This document shows, piece by piece, positions 33,458 through 43,747 of a stretch of 64,000 nucleotides of DNA. The notes under the pieces are model-generated. The model did not search any database and had not been told where the DNA came from. It worked only from the letters and a program-made list of their open reading frames with translations. The stretch is from IMG/VR virus record IMGVR_UViG_3300045988_180913. One strand, given 5' to 3'. The DNA comes from a virus. Every line of letters starts with the position of its first letter. Position 1 is the first letter of the stretch. A program made the position numbers and the translations under genes.

Positions 33458-33880
33458 ATGAAAACAGGGCAGGTACAAATTTTTAGCAATCAAACAACAG
33501 TGTTTAATCATCCAAAAGATTATAATACAAAATTTAAGGTAAGAGCATTTGAATTTAGTTATGCACCTGATTGGGTGTTAGATTCAGATATGTATAAGGC
33601 GTTAGAAAAGTCTAAGAAGATTAAGCTTATTGGCAGTAGAGCTGATGTTGCTGAAATTGAAATGAATGGAAAAGTTAAATCAAATGAGATAGATAAAGCA
33701 TTAGATAGTAATGAAGAAGTTGTGAAGAAGAATGCGGAAGAAATTAATGTAGATGATAATGAGCTTCAAACATATCATGAAAAATCAAGTAAGGAACTTT
33801 ATAATCTTTGTTTAGAAAAAGGTATACAAGTTGAAAGTAAAAAGCCAAAGGAATATTATATTAATAAGTTAATTGGTTAA
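33458..33880 (+). CDS. hypothetical head-associated protein with Rho-N/HeH-like C-terminus
   Basis: SSKELYNLCLEKGIQVESKKPKEYYINKLI. Confidence 0.45.
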   Translation: MKTGQVQIFSNQTTVFNHPKDYNTKFKVRAFEFSYAPDWVLDSDMYKALEKSKKIKLIGSRADVAEIEMNGKVKSNEIDKALDSNEEVVKKNAEEINVDDNELQTYHEKSSKELYNLCLEKGIQVESKKPKEYYINKLIG

Positions 33881-33905
33881 GATATAAATGTGGGGGATTT
33901 TTTAG

Positions 33906-34391
33906 ATGAGTTATGACAAATATGTATTTAATGATATTGGTTTAATAAGCACAGCCACTAATATAAAGAAAAGTGAAAATCCCCCATTTAAGATAGAAGA
34001 TTTTTTTGCTATTTATCCACAATTTCAAGGACTTGAAGAATTACCAGATAGAATAGTCAAAATGTACATTGATTTTGCTAATGAAGTGGTAAATGTAGAG
34101 AGATGGGGAAAGCAATGGGTATTAGGTATGTGTCTATTTGTGGCACATTTTTGTACAGTATACTTGATGGCTTATTTGGACTCAAATGCTGAAGCTGCTG
34201 CTGTAATTTCCTCAGGCCAATCAAAAGGTTTGGTAAGTTCTAAGTCAGTAGGCGATGTTTCTGTCTCATATGATTTTTCATTAGCAATGCAAAATGTTGA
34301 AGGATGGGGTCAATTCAATTTAACAACATTTGGGAATCAATTTGTGTCAATATCAAAATTAATGTCTAAAGGTGGAATGTGGGTGTTATGA
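33906..34391 (+). CDS. head-tail connector protein (DUF4054-like)
   Basis: FFAIYPQF...VERWGKQWVLGMCLFVAHF pattern. Confidence 0.55.
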   Translation: MSYDKYVFNDIGLISTATNIKKSENPPFKIEDFFAIYPQFQGLEELPDRIVKMYIDFANEVVNVERWGKQWVLGMCLFVAHFCTVYLMAYLDSNAEAAAVISSGQSKGLVSSKSVGDVSVSYDFSLAMQNVEGWGQFNLTTFGNQFVSISKLMSKGGMWVL

Positions 34392-34392
34392 T

Positions 34393-35094
34393 ATGTCTAT
34401 TGAAAGCGAAATAAAAAATAGTGCATCAAATATGATAAATTCAATAGGCTTAGAAGTAGATAAGAAAGTGAAAAACTTTACTGAAGGCAATGCTTTAAGA
34501 TCTCTTGCTTTTGGTGAAATTAATGTAAAAGAATATATTGATTTAAGAAAGAAAGTAGATGAAATAGAAGGGTATGATTTGCTTATTGGAATACCTGATG
34601 AAAATTCAGGAAGAAGTAAGAATGGAATAAGCAATGCAGAGCTGGCATATGTACATACTCATGGTGTTGATAAAAAAATAGTAAGACAAAATATACAAAA
34701 GCAAATAAATGATGGAATGAATTTTAGTGATGCAAGAGAAAGAGCTCACCAAATGTATTTAATGACAAATGGTTCACCAGCATATCATATACCACCAAGA
34801 CCTATTATAGAACCTGCAATAGAAGCAGAAAGTGACAAGATAAATGAAAAGTTGTCAAAAAGTTTAAAAGCATTTTTTGATTTTGGAATAGAAAAAGGTG
34901 TTGAAGAACTAAAGAAAACAGGGATGTTTGTACAAAACAAAGTTAGATCATGGTTTACAGACTCAAGAAACGGATGGCCACCAAATGCACCTTCAACAAT
35001 AAAAGCAAAGAAAGGTAAGTCAAATCCATTAATTGATACAGGTGAACTTAGAAAATCAATAACCTATGTAGTCTCAAATAAAAATAAAGGGTAA
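34393..35094 (+). CDS. neck/head-completion protein
   Basis: ORF 34372..35094. ATG 34393 immediately follows the upstream stop. Call is positional. Confidence 0.45.
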   Translation: MSIESEIKNSASNMINSIGLEVDKKVKNFTEGNALRSLAFGEINVKEYIDLRKKVDEIEGYDLLIGIPDENSGRSKNGISNAELAYVHTHGVDKKIVRQNIQKQINDGMNFSDARERAHQMYLMTNGSPAYHIPPRPIIEPAIEAESDKINEKLSKSLKAFFDFGIEKGVEELKKTGMFVQNKVRSWFTDSRNGWPPNAPSTIKAKKGKSNPLIDTGELRKSITYVVSNKNKG

Positions 35095-35100
35095 ATACAA

Positions 35101-35484
35101 ATGTCAAAAGTTTGGTTAAATCTTGCAGATATTGTAGCAAGTCCAGAATTTACTCAACAAATAACAATTAAAAGACATTATGATGGAAAGTATGTAAATG
35201 GAAGATTTACACAAAAAGAAAAAGTGTTTAAAATAAATGCAGTTGTTTCAGTATCTGATGAAAAGACATTAAGTATGATTCCTGAAGGTGATAGAAATGA
35301 AACAACTAAAACAATACATAGTTTAGAAAGAATATATATGACAAGTTCTGAAAAGTCAAAAGGTGAAAATAGAACCTCCGATATTATTGTATATAATGGT
35401 GATGAATATAAGGTTGTCGCAATTATGGATGCTGATGATTATGGCTTTACAAAAGCTGTAGTTTCAAAGATTGGAGCTTCATAA
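35101..35484 (+). CDS. head-tail joining protein
   Basis: 127-aa ORF. Call is positional. Confidence 0.4.
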   Translation: MSKVWLNLADIVASPEFTQQITIKRHYDGKYVNGRFTQKEKVFKINAVVSVSDEKTLSMIPEGDRNETTKTIHSLERIYMTSSEKSKGENRTSDIIVYNGDEYKVVAIMDADDYGFTKAVVSKIGAS

Positions 35485-36068
35485 TGGCTGAAATTATAAA
35501 ATATAAAGAGTTACAGGATATATTTGTAAATTTAACTGCAAAATTAAGAAATATAGACTTGAATAATGATGAAGAATCAGAACTTATTAGGTTAGCGTAT
35601 CAAATAAATTCAGCACCATTTCAAGAAATAAAACAAGGTGTATCTTACTTATGGATTAATTATGCTGATAATGAAACAAATAAGCAAATCAATGAAGAGG
35701 TAAGAGAAGTTACAAATGAAAGTATAAAATATAAAAGATCACAATTGAGACAAATAGATGTACATTGGGTTTTTTATGGTGATGAAGATGTGCAAGATAT
35801 AGCATATGAATTTAGGAATAAGCTATTTAGCTACACAGCAAAAAGTTTTCTTGATAAGTATGATATAAAATTAATTTTGGATGTTCCTGAAGCAGTACTA
35901 TTGTATGAGGAAGTAAATAATCAATGGTGGGCAAGAGTTGAAATAATAGTAAGTTATTATCTTGAGTCAGCAATTGTTGAAGAAATACCATTTGTTGAAG
36001 TGGTGAATGTAGAATTGAAAGCTGAAAAAGAAAGTCTTGATAGAAAAGTAAAAATAAATGATGAGTAA
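35484..36068 (+). CDS. tail completion/neck protein
   Basis: 194-aa ORF with ATAATG coupling. Call is positional. Confidence 0.4.
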   Translation: MAEIIKYKELQDIFVNLTAKLRNIDLNNDEESELIRLAYQINSAPFQEIKQGVSYLWINYADNETNKQINEEVREVTNESIKYKRSQLRQIDVHWVFYGDEDVQDIAYEFRNKLFSYTAKSFLDKYDIKLILDVPEAVLLYEEVNNQWWARVEIIVSYYLESAIVEEIPFVEVVNVELKAEKESLDRKVKINDE

Positions 36069-36083
36069 GGAGGATGAAAAAAG

Positions 36084-37208
36084 TTGGCAAATAATATAAC
36101 TTTAAATGATATTATTGACATAAGTGTAACTTTAAGCCCAGTAGTATCATATAGAAAAACATTAAATTCTGCACTTTTTATTACTAATTCAGAAAAAGTA
36201 ACAAAAGAAGAGAGAATAAAGGAAATAGACAATCTTGATACATTAATTACACTTGGTTTTGAAACAACATCACCAGAGTATTTGGCTTTACAATTGTATT
36301 TTGCACAATCTCCTTCACCATCAAAAGCATATTTGGGCAAGAAAGATACATCAGAGCAATTTGTTGATGCAATAACAGAATGTAGACAAATTAATTATGA
36401 ATGGTATGCTTTAATAATTTTGGACTCATTAGTTAACACAATGGAAAAAAGTGATATAAAAGCAGTTTGTTCGTATGTCGAGTCTACATCACCTGAAACA
36501 ATATTTTGTTTAAATCTTGATAAAAATGTAACTGAATATGATGATATTATTGAAGAACTTGCATCAGGAAATTATCAAAAGACAATTGTACAAAGAGATA
36601 TAAGTGATTCAAATGCTGGTAAAACAGCAATTTCAGGCATAATAGGTTATAGCCTTGGATACAATAAAAAAGTGAATAAAGCATTTACCTTGGCTTACAA
36701 AGCAATAAAAGGTATTGATGCTAATGAAATGTCTTATGTAGATTTAAAGAAAATACTTAATAATAATGTAAATGTGTATGTAAAGCAAGGTTATTATTAT
36801 AGCCTGTTTAGACAAGGTACAATGCTAAATGGTGATAGATTTGATGAAGTGTATTATATTGATATGTTGGTAAACGATTTAAGAAATGAATTAATGAATA
36901 CACTCGTAAATAATCCAAAAGTACCACAAACTGATTTAGGAATTAATATCTTAACATCATCAATATCACAAGTTCTTGATAATTATGTTGATATAGAATT
37001 TATACAACCAGGTACTTGGCTTGGAAACTCAATTCTTTCACTTGAGTATGGTGATACACTTTCACAAGGATACTTAATATTATTTGATGATATTAATACT
37101 CAAAGTGGCAGTGATAGAGTTGATAGAATTGCACCTAATTGCTACATTTGCATAAAGCTTGCTGGTGCAATTGAATATATTACACTTGGTATAAATATTA
37201 GCAGATAA
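36084..37208 (+). CDS. tail sheath protein (DUF3383-type)
   Basis: TTG start after AAGGAGGA. 374 aa, directly upstream of a DUF3277-like tube gene. Confidence 0.65.
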   Translation: MANNITLNDIIDISVTLSPVVSYRKTLNSALFITNSEKVTKEERIKEIDNLDTLITLGFETTSPEYLALQLYFAQSPSPSKAYLGKKDTSEQFVDAITECRQINYEWYALIILDSLVNTMEKSDIKAVCSYVESTSPETIFCLNLDKNVTEYDDIIEELASGNYQKTIVQRDISDSNAGKTAISGIIGYSLGYNKKVNKAFTLAYKAIKGIDANEMSYVDLKKILNNNVNVYVKQGYYYSLFRQGTMLNGDRFDEVYYIDMLVNDLRNELMNTLVNNPKVPQTDLGINILTSSISQVLDNYVDIEFIQPGTWLGNSILSLEYGDTLSQGYLILFDDINTQSGSDRVDRIAPNCYICIKLAGAIEYITLGINISR

Positions 37209-37225
37209 AGGAGGATGTGATAAAA

Positions 37226-37663
37226 ATGTCTGTGAAAACTTATTCATTTTCTGATGTAAACTTAACCTTGTCTCATCCTTCATTAGGTCAAATATCAACA
37301 AATGGTATGGGTCTTGGAACGATACAAGTTAGCATGAGAACCGATAGATCATCTATTGAAGTTGCTTCAGATGGAACACCGGTTGTTTCAAAGATAAAAG
37401 ATAGAACAGGTACTCTTGCAGTAACAGCTCAACAAACATCTGATTTAAATAATAATTTAAGAAAATGGTATAATTATTTAGAAAGTGCAGCTACATCAGA
37501 ATGGTCTTTGATAAAAGCTGTAATAACAAGTAAGCAAACTGGTGATCAAGACATTATGAATGGTGGAAGTATAGTAAAATTGCCGGATAAGTCATTTGAA
37601 CAAACAGCTAGTAATATTACATGGAACTTTTTGTTTGCTGATGTAACACAAAATACAATTTAG
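37226..37663 (+). CDS. tail tube protein (DUF3277-type)
   Basis: AGGAGGA RBS. MSVKTYSFSDVNLTLSHPSLGQISTNGMGLGTIQVSMRTDRSSIEVASDGTPV...LAVTAQQTSDLNNNL. Confidence 0.65.
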   Translation: MSVKTYSFSDVNLTLSHPSLGQISTNGMGLGTIQVSMRTDRSSIEVASDGTPVVSKIKDRTGTLAVTAQQTSDLNNNLRKWYNYLESAATSEWSLIKAVITSKQTGDQDIMNGGSIVKLPDKSFEQTASNITWNFLFADVTQNTI

Positions 37664-37691
37664 AAAATGAAAATAGCAAAAAGGTGAAAAA

Positions 37692-38198
37692 ATGGAAAGA
37701 AAAATAAAAGAAATTGTAACTTATGAAGATAGAACATTTGTGATTAAAAAGATGTCTCCATTTGAGGGCATTGCTGTGTTGAAAGAAATTTTAACAAAAG
37801 CTTTACCAATTGATTTGCTTTCTTTTTTGAATGATTCAGGTGCAGGTATTGATAAGATATTGTCTATGACAAATAGCGTTTCCAAAAAAGAAATGTCAAT
37901 AGATGAGTTTGTTGTATTTCAAAAAAGATTAATGAAAAATGTGTATGAAAAGTTAAAAAGTGGAGATGTTCCGGTAATACAAGAAAATGGTGATTTTGGT
38001 GTGCTGGACATGGAAGAGAATATGTTTCTTGTAGGGTTTTTATTACTTAAAGTAATAGAGGTAAATTACAAAGATTTTTTCTTAGAAATCCTCCAAAAGT
38101 TAGGTCTTCTGGAGGATGCACAAAAGATGATGAACGAAATGAAAGAAAAGAAGCAAGAGGGAATGGCTCAGGAAACTCAAGCAATGAATTATTGTTAG
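37692..38198 (+). CDS. tail assembly chaperone (G-like)
   Basis: Lies immediately upstream of the tape measure gene. Contains the slippery site at 38075-38081. Confidence 0.6.
   Translation: MERKIKEIVTYEDRTFVIKKMSPFEGIAVLKEILTKALPIDLLSFLNDSGAGIDKILSMTNSVSKKEMSIDEFVVFQKRLMKNVYEKLKSGDVPVIQENGDFGVLDMEENMFLVGFLLLKVIEVNYKDFFLEILQKLGLLEDAQKMMNEMKEKKQEGMAQETQAMNYC
38075..38081 (+). promoter_or_regulatory. -1 programmed frameshift slippery heptamer T TTT TTC
   Basis: In the ORF frame this reads ..GAT TTT TTC TTA.. (KDFFL). The -1 frame is open from 38051 through 38434. Confidence 0.55.
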
Positions 38199-38434
38199 AT
38201 CATTATACTTCAGAAAATATAGATATGATTCTTTATATGCCTGTGTTAGCAAAGCTTTGGAAGCAATGTGAATTATGGGATGGCACTTATATTATTACAG
38301 ATTTACTTGATATTCATGAAGCCATGACAATTAAAAATATGAATGAAAAATTGTTTTTTGAAAATCAAATGAAAGAAATTGAAGCAAGTAATGAAATGAA
38401 TAGTTTGAAAAATTCTATGAACAATTTTAGATAA
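38192..38434 (+). CDS. tail assembly chaperone extension (GT-like), probably made as a 37692..38434 frameshift fusion
   Basis: Its frame is open 141 nt upstream of the nominal TTG. No convincing RBS of its own. Confidence 0.5.
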   Translation: MLDHYTSENIDMILYMPVLAKLWKQCELWDGTYIITDLLDIHEAMTIKNMNEKLFFENQMKEIEASNEMNSLKNSMNNFR

Positions 38435-38447
38435 GAGGTAATATTGT

Positions 38448-39830
38448 ATGGCTTTAAGAAATGTCATGAAGGAGTATTTGGTATCACTTGGTTTTAATGT
38501 TGACAGGAATAAATTATCAGATGCTCTTGATGTAGTTAAGCTTGGAGAAGGTAAAATTTCTTCATTAGTTTCAAAGATGTCGACAAGCCTCGGAAAAGGC
38601 ACAGCAGGTATTGTGACAATGATTGCTTCAGCAGTGGTAGCTGTAGGTAAGTTTACTACTTCTGTTGCTGAAGCTGATATGGCTACTCAAAATGCTGCAA
38701 ATTCAATGTGGATGAATGTTGATGCATATAGAGTAACACAAAATGCTGTTGAAAGTTTAGGATACTCTATGAATGAGCTTTCAACAATAGCAAGGAATCC
38801 GGAGTTAACAAATAGATTTAGTGAACTTGTTGAGTTAGGTAAGCAAACAGCTGCTCCAAAAGAATTAGATAGTATGTTAAAAAAAGTTAGAGATGTTACT
38901 TTTGAATTTGATAAAATGCAAGTGATAGCTAAAAATGGAATAAGACAAATAGTATATTACTTTCTTAAATATTTAGGTGTTGATTTAGATAATATGCAAA
39001 ATAAGCTTGCAAGTGTAAATAAGTTTTTGCAAGAAAATCTACCAAAAATTGCAGCAGCTATAGCTAAGGTTTTATATTATATTTATAGAGTTGGAAAAGC
39101 AATTGGTTATGTTATAAGTTTAGGTGCAAAGCTAATAGGTGGAATATACAATTTTATGAAAAAGTTTCCATCTACTTTTAAAGTTTTTATAGGAATAATA
39201 AGTGCAATACTTTTAGCAATTAATCCTGTTTTAACAATAATTTTAGCTGGCTTGTCTGCAATCATACTCTTGATTGATGATTATATGACATGGCAAAGAG
39301 GTGGAAAATCTTATTTTGGTGATAGTTGGAAGAAAGTAGAAGATTTTATAGAAAAAGCAAAAGATAAGTTTGAATGGTTGTTTGAAAAAATAGAATGGGC
39401 GGTTGATTATATTATAGATAGTTTAGGCCCATTTTTTGAATGGTTGTTTGATGCTTTTGATAGTGCATTTGGATGGCTAAAGGATGTTTTTAAAGGTGTA
39501 AATGAATTTGGGTATAAAGTAGGTAGCATTCCTGATTGGATTTTGAAAAAAGATCAGGAAGTAGATGAAGCAAATGAAAAAGCTAACAATTGGATAAAAG
39601 AAAAAATAAAAGGTTTTTTTGGTTCATCTGATGAAAGTGAAAGTAAAAAATCAGAAGTAAAATATCAATATGAAAGTAGTAAGAATACTAACACATCTTA
39701 TTCGCCAAATATGAAGTATGAGCAAAACATAAATGTAAAAGGAAGTGTTGATGAAAATACATTAAGGAAAATAAATCAACAAACTAAGAGAATGTTAGAA
39801 GTGTTAGATATTTCTTCTGTTGTAAGATAG
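38448..39830 (+). CDS. tape measure protein
   Basis: 460 aa, helical, with hydrophobic segments (GIISAILLAINPVLTIILAGLSAIILLI) and W/F-rich repeats (FEWLFEKIEWAVDYI, FFEWLFDAFDSAFGWL). Lies after the chaperone pair. Confidence 0.7.
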   Translation: MALRNVMKEYLVSLGFNVDRNKLSDALDVVKLGEGKISSLVSKMSTSLGKGTAGIVTMIASAVVAVGKFTTSVAEADMATQNAANSMWMNVDAYRVTQNAVESLGYSMNELSTIARNPELTNRFSELVELGKQTAAPKELDSMLKKVRDVTFEFDKMQVIAKNGIRQIVYYFLKYLGVDLDNMQNKLASVNKFLQENLPKIAAAIAKVLYYIYRVGKAIGYVISLGAKLIGGIYNFMKKFPSTFKVFIGIISAILLAINPVLTIILAGLSAIILLIDDYMTWQRGGKSYFGDSWKKVEDFIEKAKDKFEWLFEKIEWAVDYIIDSLGPFFEWLFDAFDSAFGWLKDVFKGVNEFGYKVGSIPDWILKKDQEVDEANEKANNWIKEKIKGFFGSSDESESKKSEVKYQYESSKNTNTSYSPNMKYEQNINVKGSVDENTLRKINQQTKRMLEVLDISSVVR

Positions 39831-39840
39831 GAGGTAAAGA

Positions 39841-40422
39841 ATGGCTAATGGATTGCCAATTAATTTACCTTGGCAAAACATAACAGATTCAGAATTGCTA
39901 CTTGTAAAAACAAATATAGCAGGTTACTTTTTTGATGGTTTTTTGGATGTTTCACACTCTGTGAATACAGTGGTAACATCACATCAGGTTCAGAAAGGTG
40001 CATCTATTGCTGATCATGCATATATAGAACCTGTTGAAGTTACTATGACAGTGAAAATGTCTGATGCAATGTCAGGAATGAAGGAAGCTCAATTTCAAGG
40101 TATAAGTTATACAAGATCAACAGCTGCCTATAGAATATTGAGAGAAATACAAAAGCAAAGACTTGCTTTTCAAGTACATACAAGGCTTGAGACATATCAA
40201 AATATGATGATAACAGGTCTCTCTGTGCAAGATGATTTGCAAAATTTAAATGGATTAAAATGCACAGTAACAATGCAAGAATTACTTGTTGCTTCAGAGA
40301 AGACTGTTAAAATAAGTAAGAGAGAACAGACGACTACTACAAATAATTCAGGAACAATTCAAGCAGAAGATTTAACTGATGAAAGTTTGTTATATATGAT
40401 AATGGGTAAATCAAGAGGTTAG
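39841..40422 (+). CDS. tail/baseplate hub-associated protein
   Basis: 193-aa ORF with a GGAGGT RBS. Call is positional. Confidence 0.4.
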   Translation: MANGLPINLPWQNITDSELLLVKTNIAGYFFDGFLDVSHSVNTVVTSHQVQKGASIADHAYIEPVEVTMTVKMSDAMSGMKEAQFQGISYTRSTAAYRILREIQKQRLAFQVHTRLETYQNMMITGLSVQDDLQNLNGLKCTVTMQELLVASEKTVKISKREQTTTTNNSGTIQAEDLTDESLLYMIMGKSRG

Positions 40423-40808
40423 TGAAAATGATAAGCAATATTCCAGTAAAATCACTTCCAAATCAGACAGTAAGAGTAGAGGTTAAGTTTGATGAGCAAA
40501 AACATTTTTATTTTTTAAAATTTAATTATAGTGAAGTTTGTGGATATTGGAATATGACAATATTAGATACTTTTCAAAATGTTTTAATATCAAATATTCC
40601 TCTTGTTACAGGTGGGAGCATATTGACATCTGGTAATTTATTAAAGCAATTTAGATATAAAAAGTTAGGAAGTATGATGATAGTGAAGGCTATAAATGTA
40701 AGTGAAGATATACCAAATGAAAAGCAACTTGGTGAAGAGTTTAAATTAATATGGGCAGATACTGATGTTAAATACTTTAGTGAAGGTGAAGTTGAGAAAT
40801 GGCAGTAG
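40422..40808 (+). CDS. baseplate-associated protein
   Basis: GTG 40422 or ATG 40428. Call is positional. Confidence 0.4.
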   Translation: MKMISNIPVKSLPNQTVRVEVKFDEQKHFYFLKFNYSEVCGYWNMTILDTFQNVLISNIPLVTGGSILTSGNLLKQFRYKKLGSMMIVKAINVSEDIPNEKQLGEEFKLIWADTDVKYFSEGEVEKWQ

Positions 40809-42736
40809 TTTTAAGATGTGTTCCTGTTGAATCTTATTCAGTATCTTCAAAATTTGGAAAAAGAGGAAGTAGCTTTCATTATGGTCTTGATATGCCTGGA
40901 AGAATGGGAAGTAATATTTATGCAGCACAAGGCGGTGTTGTTAAGTACACAGGATATGACGCAGATGGGTATGGGAATTATGTAATCATTGAACACCAAA
41001 GGTATAAGTTTTGTACACTATATGCTCATCTAAGTGCTTTTGGGGTTTCTGTAGGAAACTTTGTGAACCCAGGTGATGTGATAGGAAAAATGGGAAGCAC
41101 AGGAAGATCAACAGGTTCCCATTTACATTTTGAGATAAGAAATGTACCATACAGCAGTTTTTGGTCAGTGAGAGGTAACTTGACATATATACTTGATCCA
41201 CAACCTTATGTTGAGAATACAGGTTTGATGCATGGAGGCTATGGTGGAGGAATGTCATTTTCTGACACATATGAATATACATATGAAAAAATAACTGTTG
41301 ATGAAAGTAGTAAAGCTGAAACAGGGAACTATTTGTATGGAAGAAAATATCGCATAATGGTGTTTAGAGAAGATGGCACAGGGTTTGATGTGTCAGATTT
41401 GCATGTTACATTTGAAGTTTCTAAGTCTCTAACAAGGGAAGCAAATACTGGAACTGTTACAATTTATAACTTAAATACAGAAACTGAAAATGATTTGATG
41501 GTAAATTGTAATAGAGTCACAATAGAAGCAGGTTATGAAGGCTTATTCGGATTAATATATGATGGTGATGTAATTCAAGGTATAAGAGGTGTTGAAAATG
41601 GTGTTGACTATTACTTAACTCTTGTAACAATGGATTGTGAAAGATTTTTAAATAGTGGATTCATAAGTTATACTATGACAAGAGGAATGTCAAAGAGAGA
41701 TGTTGCAAAAAATATTTGTAATGTATCAACAAATCCTGTTGAATTGAATTCAATTTCATCATCATTTAATAAAGCAAAATATATTAGAGGAAAAGTTGTT
41801 TTTGGTAAGTCAAGAGATTTTCTTGATCAATTAGCTGCAACTTCTAATGCAAATTTTTATACTGATTCAGGCAAAGTGAATTTGGTAAGTGCAAATGACA
41901 TACCAGAAAATCAATTAATATACTTAGATAGTTCTTCAGGTTTAATAGGTAGCCCACAACAAAATGCAGAAGGTATTACATTTCAATGCCTAATAAATCC
42001 AAGAATAACTTTATATAGTCTCGTAAACATTCCAAATTATCAAATAGTTGAACAAGAATACTCAGATGGAAATTCATTAGTGTACACATTAGACCAAGAT
42101 CAATTATATAGGATTATAAAAGTTGATTTTTCTGGTGATACAAGGGGGCAGAATTGGTATGTAGATTGTACAGCTACAAATCAAGCAGGTGCAATACCTC
42201 AAATAATAGCTGGTCTTGTAGGAGAATCAGGTTTTACTGACTCTACCGGAAATGGTGATACTTATAATATAGAATCATATGGTAGTTCTGGAGCAGGAGG
42301 AGCAACTTCTTTTAAATCATTTGAGTACTGGACAAGTTTATCATCAAAGTCATCAATGCAATATAAATATCAACATGATGGTCGTACTTATACAGATTCA
42401 AAGGGTTTTAGAAGAAGGATTGCTGATAGCTATTCTAATGCACCTTACTATATGGTTGCAATGGGTACATATTATGGGTACACAGGTACAAAGTTACAAA
42501 TAACTTTAACTGGTGGAAAAACATTTTATGCTTTTATAGGTGATTCAAAAGCTGATAGAGATACTGATGCTTTACACAAGTATTGTGTTCATGATGGCTC
42601 TCAAATAGAATTTATAGTTGATAAGAATCAATTAAAAAAAGGTAGCCCTAAAGTTGCAAAAACAGGTGATTGTTCATATGCAGGCTTTGCAGGAATGATA
42701 AAAAGTGTAAGAACATTAAGTAAGGTGACGAGGTAG
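40799..42736 (+). CDS. tail-associated lysin: M23 peptidase N-domain fused to baseplate hub-like body
   Basis: FHYGLDM (HxxxD), GYGNYVIIEH, TLYAHLS and GSTGRSTGSHLHFEI (HxH). 645 aa. Confidence 0.8.
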   Translation: MAVVLRCVPVESYSVSSKFGKRGSSFHYGLDMPGRMGSNIYAAQGGVVKYTGYDADGYGNYVIIEHQRYKFCTLYAHLSAFGVSVGNFVNPGDVIGKMGSTGRSTGSHLHFEIRNVPYSSFWSVRGNLTYILDPQPYVENTGLMHGGYGGGMSFSDTYEYTYEKITVDESSKAETGNYLYGRKYRIMVFREDGTGFDVSDLHVTFEVSKSLTREANTGTVTIYNLNTETENDLMVNCNRVTIEAGYEGLFGLIYDGDVIQGIRGVENGVDYYLTLVTMDCERFLNSGFISYTMTRGMSKRDVAKNICNVSTNPVELNSISSSFNKAKYIRGKVVFGKSRDFLDQLAATSNANFYTDSGKVNLVSANDIPENQLIYLDSSSGLIGSPQQNAEGITFQCLINPRITLYSLVNIPNYQIVEQEYSDGNSLVYTLDQDQLYRIIKVDFSGDTRGQNWYVDCTATNQAGAIPQIIAGLVGESGFTDSTGNGDTYNIESYGSSGAGGATSFKSFEYWTSLSSKSSMQYKYQHDGRTYTDSKGFRRRIADSYSNAPYYMVAMGTYYGYTGTKLQITLTGGKTFYAFIGDSKADRDTDALHKYCVHDGSQIEFIVDKNQLKKGSPKVAKTGDCSYAGFAGMIKSVRTLSKVTR

Positions 42737-42739
42737 AAA

Positions 42740-43360
42740 ATGGCTGAGAAGAGTACAACTTTTGGTGATTATACAGACAAATCTTTATTTGGTGTAAGTG
42801 AGCTTGCAGGTGGTGATTTACAAATTTTGCAAGAATTGAGGAAACAAATAATGTTTTCTTTAAGATGCTGCTGTCCAGCTATTATAAAGAGTATAAATTA
42901 TGATGAAATGACAGTTGTTGTGCAGCCTGTAATAAAAGAAAACATTAAGTTTGGTACTCAAGAAGTGAAAGAATTTAAATTGCCTGAAATATTTGATGTT
43001 CCATTGGTATATCTTAGTAGTAAGGATGCAAGTATAACATTTCCAATTAGTGTGAATGATGAATGCCTATTATTTTTCGCAGACACATGCATAGATTCAT
43101 GGTGGCAGTCAGGCGGAATTCAATCACAATTTGAAGAGAGAAGGCATGACTTGTCTGATTGTTTTTGTTTACCATGCCAAATGTCACAGCCAAAAAAAAT
43201 AACTCAAATAAGTGAAGAATCTTTAAAATTAAGATATGGTGAAAATGAGTTTGAAGTAAAAAGTGATGGCATTTACTACAATAAAAAAAATATAATCAAT
43301 CATAAGCATCAAGTAATTATTGGTGATCAAGTGTATACAACAACTGATATGATTTTGTAA
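42740..43360 (+). CDS. baseplate spike/assembly protein V-like
   Basis: The OB-like segment CCPAIIKSINYDEMTVVVQPVIKE and its position support the call. Confidence 0.5.
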   Translation: MAEKSTTFGDYTDKSLFGVSELAGGDLQILQELRKQIMFSLRCCCPAIIKSINYDEMTVVVQPVIKENIKFGTQEVKEFKLPEIFDVPLVYLSSKDASITFPISVNDECLLFFADTCIDSWWQSGGIQSQFEERRHDLSDCFCLPCQMSQPKKITQISEESLKLRYGENEFEVKSDGIYYNKKNIINHKHQVIIGDQVYTTTDMIL

Positions 43361-43370
43361 GGTGATGAAA

Positions 43371-43736
43371 ATGAAGTATAGAAGAATGGATGAAAATGGT
43401 GATTATATTTTTGGATTAAATGAGCAAGGTTTTTTAAAAGATAATGAAGCTGTTGCACAGGCAATTCTTACAAAAATAAAGTTACTAAAAGGTGAGTGGT
43501 GGGAGGATGTAAATGAAGGCACACCATTATTTGAGTCAATTTTAGGGATAGGAGCAGTGCAAGGGTCAAAAAATGCTATAGACCTGATAATAAGAGATAG
43601 AATATTATCAGTTGAGAATGTTGAAACGATATCATATTTCAAGAGTGAAATAGATAATGCTTCACGTACATATATGTTATATTGTGATGTTGAAACTAAA
43701 TTTGGAAAAATAGAAAATTTAAATATTAATTTTTAG
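43371..43736 (+). CDS. baseplate wedge protein (GpW/gp25-like)
   Basis: ORF 43362..43736. Start ATG 43371 after AAGGTGA. ~120 aa, upstream of the Baseplate_J gene. Confidence 0.5.
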   Translation: MKYRRMDENGDYIFGLNEQGFLKDNEAVAQAILTKIKLLKGEWWEDVNEGTPLFESILGIGAVQGSKNAIDLIIRDRILSVENVETISYFKSEIDNASRTYMLYCDVETKFGKIENLNINF

Positions 43737-43747
43737 AGGTGAAATGA

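Noticed and set aside
42279-42503. 74-aa alternative-frame ORF inside the M23/hub gene
   Set aside because: It is an internal frame with no signals, and the host gene is continuous and well supported.
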